Positions 39,097 to 52,433 of a stretch of DNA of 64,000 nucleotides are shown here, one piece after another. The notes beneath the pieces were generated by a model. That model worked only from the letters and a program-made list of their open reading frames with translations, was not told where the DNA came from and searched no databases. The stretch is taken from NCBI RefSeq assembly GCF_009914755.1, contig NC_060941.1; one strand, given 5' to 3'. The stretch's first letter is position 1. Each line of letters starts with the position of its first letter. The DNA comes from the human T2T-CHM13v2.0 reference genome, Homo sapiens. The position numbers were made by a program, and so were the translations under genes.

Positions 39097-39851
39097 ATTT
39101 CAGTATCAGTCTTAGCTTTCATGTAATGCTCATGAGGTCCTTGCTGTGGGGAAGTTCTCAGGCTGCGCAAGGCACCACAGCCCAGGATTCAGGGAGCTCC
39201 CAGAGTGATAGGCAGGCCACCAATGTCAACGCTCTTACATACTGTTTGAGGATTAACTGGAGCTAATACTTATTCAGCACCTACTGTATACCAGACCCTG
39301 AATCACCTCATTTAATCTCACAACAACCCTGCAAGTTAAGCAGCTGTGATGTCCATTCTACAGATAAGAAAATGGAGACTCAGAGAAGTTAAGAACTTCC
39401 CCAAAGGACGCTCATAGCTAGTTGCAGCAAACCAGGAATGGAACTCCCCCATCCATCCTCTTTCCCCCATACCACACTAGTTGATAAGCAGGAATGCAAC
39501 TTCACAACCACTGAAAGCCCTGTTAAATTAAGCTTAGCCTAAATCTGCCTTCTTACATATTCTAAGTCCAGCCTAAAGGTTTCTCCATACATAGTGAACT
39601 ACAACTTAACTGGATGTGTGAACAGACTGTAACCTACTCCTGTGCAAGTCACTGAGTTTTGGCCAACCAAGGTTGCCAACTGTACAGACTATGTTCAAAT
39701 AAGGCAATGCTAAGATAAACAATCCTGCTGTTTCTATGCCTCACTTCCATTTTCTGTAGGTCACTTTCCATTTTCTGTCCATAAACCTTCTTCTACCCCA
39801 TGGCCATGCTAGAGTCTCTCTGAGCCTACTCTGGCTCAAGAGGCTTCCTGA

Positions 39852-40564
<713 letters not shown>

Positions 40565-41754
40565 TTATCAAAGAGTAAAGGTTTTTGCTTTTAAAAATCT
40601 CTTATCACTTTGGCTAAATGAATGATTTTTTTTTATGGTGACCTGTGATCCTATTTTGGTCAATTGTCTGAATCTTTTGACATACTTGACAGGCTTCCTG
40701 AAAATCAAATTTCAACTTCAAAATTAAGTGGTTTGTTTTTTTTTGTTGTTTACCTGTACATTTGGAATGCTACAGAGGGCTCCTGCAGCATCCAAAAGAG
40801 AGATAAGTAAGATTACGTGATATATTAAATTACAGGAAGCACTGTCAAATAAGAAATAATGTTTAATCTTCTTCAAGTTGTATTTTTATAAATATTTTAT
40901 TAATATATGTTCCAAAATTGTATGGGATTCCTAAAATTCTGATATGTCTGGATATATGCTATCAATTATAACTATGGTTATGTTACATAATTTTAGGCCA
41001 CAAAAATAACCAAATGTCCTTGTCAATTGTATCTTTATGACCATTTTAAATCATTTCCACAGTTAATTCCTGCATTTAGATGCAGTTTCTGAAAACTCTT
41101 CACAAGCAAGCAAAATCCTAGAGTAATGTGTCTTCAAAGAGGTTCATACAATGATGGAAAGGACTCTGACAAGCACTCTTGAATACAGGTTTAGGATCCT
41201 ATCATTTGGACTGGCTAAGAATTCCCAGAACTCTAATAAAAGGACTGACTGATTTATAAAACTGCTAACCCAAGTAGGGCAAGAATTAATTGACAACCAA
41301 AAAAATACTTTGACAGATTTTCATGCTAAAATCAGCTAGCACTAAAATTATTTAGATATATAATTTAAATGAACTCCCTGGTCCAAGTCAAATTACCCAT
41401 GAAAACCATCTAATAAACAGTGCTATGCACCTAAATTGGAGAAACAAAATTGGTATTTAAGATGTAAGTCCAGTATAAGCATAGACTCATGGAGAACCTG
41501 GAAGGCTTCCTGGTCCTTCCTGAGTCCTTCAAGTTCCCATTATTAGAAGCTCTGAATTTCAAGACTTATCATAAAACAGATAAAATGATCCAAATTAAAA
41601 ATATATATATATTGGTGTGGTGACTGTTATGAATTGCTAAAATAGTTTATGATCAATATTTGATTTGTCAAACCCATAATTCTTGGAAGACAATAAAAAC
41701 TTCAGGTACATTTCTGTTATCTGATGGGCCATTTAAACACTTATAGGGGGATTT

Positions 41755-42050
41755 GGCTGGGCTCAGTGGCTCATGCTTGTAATCCCAGCACTTTGGGAGC
41801 CCAAGGAGGGCGATCACTCAAAGTCAAGATTTCGAGACCAGCCTGGCCAACATGGTGAAACCCAGTCTCTACTAAAAATACAAAAATTAGCCAGGCGTGT
41901 GATGTGTGCCTGTAAACCCAGCTACTCAGGAGGCTGAGGCAGGAGAATCACTTGAACTGGGAGGCAGAGGCTGCAGTGAGCCGAGATCATACCACTGCAC
42001 TCCAGCCTGGGTGACAGAGCAAGACTCTGTCTAAACAAAACAAAACAACA
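41755..42050 (+). mobile_element. AluS/J in the ERV internal region
   Basis: Full Alu; flanking repeat AACA(C/T)TTATAG(G/A)GGGATTT. Confidence 0.92.
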
Positions 42051-42111
42051 CAACATTTATAGAGGGATTTAATTCAATTGTCATTTTTGATACATGCTTT
42101 CTGGTTCTATA

Positions 42112-42245
42112 AAAGCTTTCCCATACAAGAGGGCTAATATTACAACAATAGCTAAAAGGTTATTAGGAAATGTGTTTTCCTCGTGGGACATTCCCAGAGA
42201 AATCTCCAGTGATAGAGATACTTGTTTCACTGGACAAGTTGTAAT
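42112..42245 (+). pseudogene. ERV pol integrase core remnant
   Basis: Translates AFPYKRANITTIAKRLLGNVFSSWDIPREISSDRDTCFTGQVV, resembling the integrase (I)SSDxGxxF motif. Confidence 0.75.
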
Positions 42246-42849
42246 ATAGTTAAATACGGTATTACATATATGACAGCATTAGGCAAAGCTAACTGAACTG
42301 ACTTGATTGCTTTGGTCAAAGGTATTAGAGATTGATGACAATCAGACCCACTTCCAGTGGAAAACATAAGCTGATCCCTTATGAAATAGTCACTGAAATG
42401 CCTATGCACTAAATAATGGAACCTCATATATCTTCTGCTACTAAACTCTGATACGACTAAATGCTGCAAGTCTTTAGTGCGTTGTGCCATGGTGTATTTT
42501 CACCGGTAAAGAAAGCGTTTCATGGTTCACTGACTAATCAAACCCTTCATGATCTAAAACCCAGAGACTGGGTCTTCTGAGAACAACATCAGAAAAAGAT
42601 TGCCCTTGTTACCCACACTGCAGAAAACTTTGGGAACTTGAACCTTGTTCGTATCTCATAACTCAGAAGGGCACCTCCAGACTCTTAATTGTACAGCCAC
42701 TGGAGACCTAAAGATAGAGATAACCAAGGAAGTTTCTCCCCAGAAACAGATGGCATCCCAGATATGAACAACTTTTTCCCAAGATCATGGATCAAGACTT
42801 CTCTGCTACCGTGAGACTTGTATCTCTCAGTTTTTCCTTGCTTTTGCCT

Positions 42850-43272
42850 TGATATGGTTTGGATCTGTGTCTCCACCCAAATCTCATGTCTAATTATAAT
42901 CCCAAATTTGGAGGTGGGGCCTGGTGGGAGGTGATTGGATGGTGGGGGTGGTTTCTTAGGTTAACGTAAGAAACCCCTTGGTGGTGTCATTGCAAAAGTG
43001 AGTTCTCATGAGATCTGGTTTAAACAAAAGTGTGTGGCACCTCCCCACTCTCTCTCTCTTGCTCCTGCTCTGATGATGTAAGATGTGGCCTGCTGCCCCT
43101 TTGCCTTCTGCCATGATTGTAAATTTCCTGAGGCCTCCCCAGAAGCCCATCGGAGGCCAGCATTATGCTTTCTGTACAGCTTGCAGAACTGTGAGCCAGT
43201 TAAACCCCTTTTCTTTATAAATTACCCAGTCTCAGGTATTTCTTTATAGCGGTGCGAGAATGGACTAATACA
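42850..43272 (+). mobile_element. MSTA/MSTB MaLR solo LTR nested in the provirus
   Basis: TGATATGGTTTGG...GGACTAATACA; 5-bp TSD TGCCT/GGCCT. Confidence 0.92.
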
Positions 43273-43569
43273 GGCCTCTATGAAAAATAGAACTGAAAAT
43301 AAGGTCTCTTTTGTACACTCATGGAGTATACTTTTATTAGTGGAGGATTTCGAAGCAAACCTTTTATATGGACACCCTTACGTCTTGACAGATGAAGGAT
43401 AAAGGGCCAATGTGGATGAAAAATTTTATTGGTATCTTTGTTGCTTCATAATCACTCAGAAACAGAACACTGGTCCACTCCTCTTAACCTATGTCATAGG
43501 TTAAAACATTGCCAAGAGGCCTTCACTCTTCTAGATAGGCATCATTTATTAGATCTTTTTTTCTTGGTT

Positions 43570-44050
43570 TAGAGTAAATGAGGCAATGATTAAAAATTTA
43601 TCCCTCATAATAGGCTAGATAACAGATTCTACTACAGAGACTCTGGTTACACAACAGATTTTAAATTCTCTTGCTAAAGTTGCACTAACTAATAGAATTG
43701 CTCTGGTTTACTTACTGGCTAAACAAAGTAGTGTCTGCAGTTGCTGACACATCTAATTACACACGGAGGAATACATAGGGTATTATAGAGACTCAGTTGT
43801 AGGGGATTAATGGACAGGCTGCTTGGTTGAAATGAGTAAACTCTTTATCGAGTTTATTGTTTGATCTATTTGATTTTAGTTGGTTTGGTTCATGCGGAAC
43901 CTGGATACAGAGCATACTCCAAACTCCTGGTGTTATCCTTCTGATAGTCATAATTGTAATCTCCCTGGTGTGCTGTATTCTCTCAAAAGTTCTAAATGTT
44001 TGTACGTAGCCATCTCCAGAATGTCAGATGGTCTCTCCTAGATTGGAATG
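43570..44050 (+). pseudogene. ERV env TM-subunit remnant
   Basis: LNSLAKVALTNRIALVYLLAKQSSVC from 43661 (immunosuppressive-domain-like) and hydrophobic SILQTPGVILLIVIIVISLVCCILSK from 43911; frameshifted. Confidence 0.8.
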
Positions 44051-45058
44051 ACAATAACTCAAAGAATTGTGTGGCCATAAGGACACCGTAACCTATGAAC
44101 TATGTGCTGAGACTGAAAACCCAAAATGATGGTAAGCGAGAGTGGAGCTCATGGCCTAAGTTTTGGTCACACTCTCACCTAAGTGAGAACCTGACCAGAA
44201 GGGGGAAAATTTTAAACAAAATTATAGGAGGCAATTGTTTTGGACTGAGATTGTGCATTAGACCCCAGCAGACCAGACCAAACCAAAACAGAGTCACTCA
44301 AATGTGACATGATCGATCTGAAACTTTAAGAAAACAGACCAAAAGTTTTGCTTTTCTCTTAAAAACAGGAGACTGCAGTACAAAGAGGTCCCTGCTACTC
44401 TAATCCTTAAAAAAAAAATAACCTGAAGTCCTTGTTTCCACCTCACAAACCCACTGTTCTGCTATTTCCCAATGGGATTTAGGACCAAATAGGTACCTTT
44501 ATCATGGTGACAGAGTGACATCAGTGCCTAAAGTTTTGGTCTATCTCTCAAAATTAAGAGGATGACCAAAAGGGGGGAATTATCAAATTAAGTTTAGCTT
44601 AAAGCTGCTTCCTTACATATTCTAAGTTCTGTCTAAAGGTTTCTCCTACACTGTAAACTGCAACCTAACTGGATGTGTAAACAGACTGTAACCTACTATT
44701 GTGCCACTCATTGAATTTCAGCCAGTCAAGGGCAGTCAACTGTTCAAAGCGTGTTTAAATAAGGCAAATGCCAACTATAACCAATCCAGCCGTTTCTGTA
44801 CCTCACTTCCTTTTTCTGTCTGTAAATCTCCCACCAAGTGGCTGTGCTAGTGTCTCTCTGAGCCTACTGTGGCTCAGGCGAATACCTGACTCACACATTG
44901 GTTTTTGCTCCACTAAATTCTGTTAAATTTAATTTGCCTAAGGTTTTTCTTTTAAAAGCCCCAAAGTTAAATGCCTCTGTTGTCTGCACACCAGCAAAAT
45001 AGAAGCCTCATGCAGCCCTCGTGTCAATACAGTACTCATTTGTGAATTAGCAGTTACC

Positions 45059-45240
45059 TGAGTGCTTCTGATTGGTGGAGGGTAGGTCACATGAATCAAT
45101 TCCTACATGACTGCTTCTGATTGGTGGAGAGTAGGTCACATGAATCGGCACCTACATGACTGCTTCTGACTGCTGGAGGGTAGGTCACATGAATCAATGC
45201 CTACATGAGTGCTTCTGATTGGTGGAGGGTAGGTCACATG
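45059..45240 (+). repeat. 49-bp tandem repeat, about 3.7 copies, in an MLT1-like LTR relic
   Basis: Units start at 45059, 45108, 45157 and 45206: TGA(G/C)TGCTTCTGATTGGTGGAGGGTAGGTCACATGAATCAA..CCTACA. Confidence 0.93.
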
Positions 45241-45504
45241 CCTGTGTCCTAACTGCAGGGGATACCGGGAGTTTGAGTTCTTGACTTCTATTTCGGGAGG
45301 CAGGACAATAATAAAGGAATTTCCTCCAGAAAGAAAAGCTGTCCGTAAGATGATGAGCCGCCATCATGAATGTGACAGGTGTCCATTACACTGACTCACC
45401 CTGAATGTCACACCATAGGAAGTGAAGTTAGATGTCCGAACACATTCCCCTTTTAAAATCCTGCTCCTTTCTTAAAATATGGTTTAGAGCAAAGAGTTTT
45501 TATT

Positions 45505-45740
45505 ACATAGTTTTTTGAGGTATAATTTTACACGCAGTAAAAATTACCCATTCTAGCGTACAGGTCTAGAATTTTTTAAAAAATAAATTCATACAATTAT
45601 GTACTACCACCAACAACATACGGTATATAATAGTTTCATCACACACCACTGTTCCCTCACGTGTCTTTGTAGCCAACCCCTTCCTCTACCCTCAGCTCCT
45701 CACAACCACTGAACTGGTTTCTGTCTGTAGTTTTTGGAAC
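45505..45740 (-). mobile_element. L1M 3'-end fragment
   Basis: TTGAGGTATAATTTTACA...CAACCACTGAACTG typical of L1M 3'UTR. Confidence 0.65.
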
Positions 45741-46669
45741 AAAGACTTTCTAAGCAAAGAACAAAAATGGAGCAGAAGAGAGTCTGTGTGTAAATACCAA
45801 TGTATGCATGTTGGAATCTCCCCCTCCTTGGCTCCTGTCCTGGGGGTGAAGAAAGATAAAGATTATTGAAAACAAATTGAAATGATCAAAAGTATAATTT
45901 CTTTTCAATGTCAGATTTAGGGCTTAACTCAGGAAGATGGATGAGCTCACTATTGTGGCTCCGGCTCACTGCATGAATTCCTGTTTAGAGTGATAGGTAA
46001 ATAGCACCTGAACAAATGCAGCCTGCCCTCAGATTCAGGTGGAGGAACCCACACCTTAGAGGTCTTTCTCTGGCCTTCCTCAGACGGTACCCTTGTCAGG
46101 TGAAGGACTGGTCCATGTCCCCCCTTCTATGTCACACTCCAGGTCTCAGGACCCAGTATTCCCGGCCCAAAGAGTCCTCAGCCACTTTCAGGCTTGCATG
46201 GGCCTCTTCCCAGGGAAAATCCTCCACAGGGTAGACTGCACAGCTTGGTATGCACCCCTAGACTCTGTTGATGACCACGTCCTGGCTGTTTATGGTGGCT
46301 GTAGATGACGCTTAGGTATCCAGGCTGGGGAGTAGAGAAGGGGAGCTGAGGGGAGAGTCTGAGAGTTCTCGAAGGAGTCTGAGAATTCTAAATTTAAACA
46401 TGACCCTTTAGGTCGTTATGAAAATGTATAGTTTCATTATGAAATGGAACCTATTTTATAAGTCTGTTAGCTCTATTTATAATGTAACTATCTGGGCAGG
46501 TAGTGCGTAGGCCTCTGTTTGTACTCTTGCCTGGGCCCTGCAAATATTTGAGACAGGCCGAAATGAATCTAACTGTGCTTCCTCAGAGAGTTACCAAAGC
46601 TCTCTGCAGGCCAGGCTCCCTGGTGGCAGCCCTGAACCCCTTTCCTGAGGATGTGGGAGAGGAAAAGAG

Positions 46670-47410
46670 GGAGACATTTCTTGGATGTCTGCTATGTGCT
46701 GGAATCTGACCTGGGCTGTTTCCCTCACATCATCTCATTTGGGTCTCCCAGCTACTTGCCAGATAGGTATGTCATTGCCAATGTATAGATGAAGAAATGG
46801 AGGCCTAGCAGCATTTAAGAGCCTTAAGTGCCCAAGCTGGGATTCCAGCGCAGATCTGCGTGGCTTCAAGTCTGGCCGTCTTCCATGCTGCCATTAGAGT
46901 TCTGTCCACCTTGGCTCTCCTCCCCGACAGGATTCCCAGAGGGCCCGAAGTCAGTTACTTAAATGGGTTGAAATCAGACATGTACTATGCTTTGGGGAGA
47001 AACGAAACCAAACCATAAATTTCCCGAACCTTCTCTGGTTGGCCCTGTTTTTGTTCCAAAGCAGAAAAGGGCAAAGTACAGGAGGGGGCTGGGGCAGAGA
47101 GAGTGCAAACACATGGGTACAGAAGGCACGTGATAATTCGCTGTGGAAGCAAGAGAGCGGGTGGGTGCGGACGTGGGTGGGAGTGAGGGCTGAGACCAAG
47201 AAGTTTGGCTTTTGAGTCAGTCCTGGTTTTAAATCTAGGTCCCACCACTTACAAATTGTTCAACTTAGACCAAGTTGCTTAACTACATAGAATCTCGGTT
47301 TCACTATCTTCAAAAGATAATTGATAATAGGGTTTCTTCTAAGAGTCTTTGTAAGGAGGAAACGAAATCGCATCAGTAAGGCCCCAGCCCGCAGCAGGTT
47401 CTCGACAACA
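46670..47410. mobile_element. Two MIR fragments (about 46670-46890 minus, about 47200-47410 plus) flanking a unique motif-rich core
   Basis: TATAGATGAAGAAATGGAGGC and AAGTTGCTTAAC...CTCGGTTTCACTATCT cores. Confidence 0.55.
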
Positions 47411-48402
47411 TTCATTCCCTTCCACCCTCTCCTTCCTCCTATTGACAGAGTTGCTTCAGCCCATTTTGGCATTCTGTAGATTTCTACAGCTGAGAAATCC
47501 AAAAATAAACTTGAATTATGGTGGGTTTAGCACCGAGGCACTTCTGTGTAAATAGCAGAAGTGAAAAGAAAAAAAAGGCCATCTCATTTCTAGTATTTGA
47601 AACCAAGCACCCTCATCGTGTGGGCGACTCATAGTAGAGGGGGCAGGGGGAGCGAGGTTTGGCATTTTTTCTCTGCTGTTTTTGTTTTTGTTCTGTGATG
47701 ATGTGGGGGACTCTCCAGGGACATCATGCGTCACAGAGCAGGGGAGAAAGGGGAGGTGAAGACAGAGCAAGTAGGGAAATTTGATCCGGTCTCTGACGTT
47801 GTAGGGCAGAATTGGGGAAAGAGGGAGTGTCGGTCAATGGGTGGAAAAGGTCCCGTGGCTGTCATGCCCTTCTTACCTCCTGCCCCGAGACACAGTTGGG
47901 CAAGTCCCTTAATTCATTTTTCAGTGAGTTTCCCAAGAAAGGCCGTCTTCCGGAACATGTGTTATTCCTGAAATACATGGCAGACTCGGTTGAAAGGGTG
48001 TGTGTTTGTGGGTCACAGAGACTCACAAAAAGAGAAGGCAAGGGGCTGGCCCGCTTGACGTGAGCCCACATGGATGGGAGTCACAGGTGATTATTATTAT
48101 TATTAACAAAAGGCTTCCCTTACCTCCCCAAACCTAACTTTTCACTATTCATACCATCCATGTCTTATAGGCCCAGGGAGATGAAAAAGTGAGTTTACCC
48201 AAGGGAATTCACAAGGGCCTAAGTAGAAGAGCCAGGATTTGAACTGGCTGCCCCTTTCTCTCTATGGGGCTGGCATTGGCCATCCTAATAATGGGGGAAA
48301 AGTTGGGTTAACGACCAGCGGCCTGGGGAATTCAGGTCACCTTGATGTTTGCCCTATGGTCTTGAGTTTTGCAACTTAAAAAAACAAAAAACAAAAAACT
48401 AT

Positions 48403-48427
48403 ACACACACACACACACACACACACA
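48403..48427. repeat. (CA)n microsatellite
   Basis: About 12 AC units. Confidence 0.9.
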
Positions 48428-48444
48428 TTATCTATCTACCTCTA

Positions 48445-48649
48445 TTTTTTTAAGACAAGGTCTTGCTTTGTCACCTAGGCTGGAGTGCAGTGGCACGAGC
48501 ACAGCTCACTGCAGCCCTGACTTCCCATGTTCAATTGATCCTCCCACCTCAGCCTCCCAAGTAGCTGGGACTACCAGCACATGCCACCACACCTGGCTAA
48601 TTTTTTTATTTTTTGTAGAGGCAGGGTTTCATTATATTGCCCAGGCTGG
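48445..48649 (-). mobile_element. Partial AluJ
   Basis: Right arm plus part of the left arm. Confidence 0.88.
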
Positions 48650-50069
48650 TAAATGGACATATTGACATTACAAGTCGATGTTGTTTTTATAGAAGGAGCA
48701 AATAATGCAAAAGGGACCAACTCATCAGTGAAAACATATCATACCATGCTTGGTGTTTGCCTTGGCTAGAAGTCTCTGGAGGTGAATTTATGGAGAATGC
48801 ATTCAAGCTGCCTCCCATTCCCACTATATAGATAACGAGAGGAAGGGGTTTAAGCTGCAATAGGAGGCTGTTGGAGAGACTCAAGGAGAAGCTTCCTGAC
48901 CGTAGACGGTTGATAAATATAGGAGCCACTGGAGGGTGGAAGCAATAACTTTCCAATCCCCCGAGCCTTCCAGCATTTTTTGGTGTTTGCCAAATATCAT
49001 CACCTCCTACCTCTCACCAGCGCCTGGACTCAACCTTTCTAGAGCCAGCTCAAATGCCACCCCTTCAGACTTCCCAGCATTGCTGTGAGGAATCGTGGGC
49101 TTTTCTTTCCTGCTCCCAGTGTGACTTTGGTACCTTTATTTAGCATCTATATTGTCCTCCCTTGACTTAAAGCCAAGTTGTTAATTCTCCCCTTTCTTGA
49201 GTTCTTAGAGGGCAGGGATGCATTCCATTCATCTTTATCACCAACACCTAAGGTGACACCTGGCACATAGTCAGTGCTCGTTAAAGGTGTGCTGAACTTT
49301 GAAACGAAGGGTTGCCTGTTGGTGGTTGAAAACATTTTTTTTTCGAACCTTGTTAAGTTTGAAAAGTTCAATCCCCAGTGCCAACATGCATATAAATATA
49401 GGTGCTTTCATGCTCTGTTGATGGGAATGTGAACTGGTTCAACTTTTCTGGAGAGTCATTTGGTAAACATTTAGGAGAAGTCTTAGAATTTTCTATGCCT
49501 TTTGACTGAATTCTTTTTTTTTTCTTTTCTCCTAAGGAGTTAGTGAATGGCTTTTCATAAAGACATTGTATTTTTTCATAGCAATGTTTTTAAAAATTAT
49601 AGCAAAAATGGGGCCAATATTAATATGAATTTGGATAAATAGTGGTTTATATGCAATAGAATGTCATGTAGCCATTACAATTGATGATATATTTGTTAAT
49701 CAAATAAGTAAAGTGACAAAAACATTACAAAATAGGAAGCATAGTAGGATTTCAATTTTGAAGGAAAATAAGGCTCTATCCATGGAAAAATGCCTTGAAG
49801 GATATACGTCTAAGTGTTTCAACCCTTTTTCTCTAGGTGGTGGGATTTTAGGGGATTTTGACTTTCTTCTGTTCATTTCTCTGAGTTTTCTCAATTTTCT
49901 CCCATGTGTTACAACGAACATGCATTACATTTAGAACATAGAAAAACATTTTCCAGCATCTTGAGTTGATTCTCTAAGTAAATTCCTTGCTCCTTAAATT
50001 CTGAAAACTGTAGAGACCAGATCAACGTGTAGGATGTCAGAGGTGGAAAAGCTGTGGGAAGTCCTTTGG

Positions 50070-50590
<521 letters not shown>

Positions 50591-50607
50591 TTAAGATCTA
50601 CCTCTCA

Positions 50608-50911
<304 letters not shown>

Positions 50912-52156
50912 ATTTTTTTCTTTTTTTTTCAGGAAAGGCTTTTGCAGGTGGGTGCCCTCCTTCTAGCAGGCCTGAGGCTCAGGGAAGGGGCAGGCCTCTG
51001 TTCTTGCCTGTTTTAGGGCGGTGGAAAAGACCTCACTCGGCCGTCAGGAGAGTAATCTTGTGCCTAGAAAGTTCTTTCTGCTTTCTCGTGTCTACCCCAT
51101 CCTCCTCCCTGAGCATGGTGAAGCTCAGTGCAGCATGTTTATTTTCAAAGGCTTGACAGGCCCAGGCCCTTCCTATCTGTTCAGCCTGGTCCAGGCCACC
51201 AGGCAAGCTGTTTACAAGGGATCCAAGTGCTCGGTGGAGAGCAGAACAGGCCGAGAGTGTTTTCCACGGCTGCCGAGAAAGATGAGCGAGTGGAGGCAGA
51301 ATAACAAAAAGCCACTTCAAAAACACACCAGAAAAAGTCACAAAGCAGAGACAATCAGAGGTTTGAGACACACACACCCCCAAAACCCTGACAAGAGAGC
51401 GAAAACAAGTCATGAGGGAGCCTCTGATGGTTTCAAGACAGTCGCGGTTGCTGATTGAGAACAGGCCTGTCCCAGCAGTTCTCAGAGGAGTCGGGAGCTG
51501 CGGCTGTGGGGGGTCAGAAACTTCACCTGAGTTCTGAGAATTGTGGTGGGACAGTCCCTGAGGGCTCCGTCTCTCTGGGAAGATGGTGGGGGGCGGGTGA
51601 GAATGGCAGGCCCATGCTGGCTGGGTGAGAGTGTGAGGCTGTTCCAGCCTAGAGACTGGCCACCGGTCAGGAAGCAGAGTCCCACCTGGCCCCAGGCTTC
51701 TGGCACCTACTGCCTGAGAGCGTGAGGCCTCTATGGCCATAGTCCACCTGGGAATTCAAAGGCGTAAGGCCACCTGCATCTAGGAAGCTCCTTCTTTGGG
51801 ATCTGAGCTGAGGACCCAACAGTGAAGAAGCCAAGCCAGAAGGGAAACGCTGGTGCTCCGCTCCACCTTGCCCCATTTTGCAGTGAAGTCCAGTGAAGAG
51901 AGCCCTGGGGGTGGAGCACTGGAGCTCAGGTCCCAGGCACTATCACTCCCTTGCTGTGTGACCTTGGGCAGGTCAGTTTACCCCTTTGGACTTTAGTTTC
52001 TTGACCTGCAAATTGGAGGGTTGGTCTAGATGAATGGCTTTCAACCCTGGCTGAATATTGGAATCACCTGGTGAGCTACAAAAATCAACATGATGCCAGT
52101 TGTTCTGGGATACACCCTGGGCATCAGCATTTTTAAAAGCTCTTCAGATGATCCCA

Positions 52157-52433
52157 GGCCAGGTGTGGTGGCTCACGCCTGTAATCCCAGCATTTTGGGA
52201 GGCTGAGGCGGGCGGATCATCTGAGGTCAGTTCGAGACCAGCCTGGCCAACATGGTGAAACCCTGTCTCTACTAAAAATACTAAAATTAGCCGGGTTTGG
52301 TGGCATATGCCTGTGCACGAGAATCACTTGAACCCAGGAAGCAGAGGTTGCAGTGAGCGGAGACCGTGCCACTGCACTCCAGCCTGGGTGACAGAGTGAG
52401 ACCCCGTCTCAAAAAACAAAACAAAACAAAAAA
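52157..52433 (+). mobile_element. AluS with an internal deletion of about 25 bp, among MIR/MER5 relics
   Basis: GCCTGT^GCACGAGAATC lacks AATCCCAGCTACTCGGGAGGCTGAG. Confidence 0.9.

Noticed and set aside
45059-45240. CRISPR-like array
   Set aside because: Head-to-tail units with no unique spacers, in human DNA; it is a minisatellite.
51021-51740. Overlapping 145-aa and 235-aa ORFs
   Set aside because: No recognisable homology or exon structure; expected by chance in GC-rich intergenic DNA.
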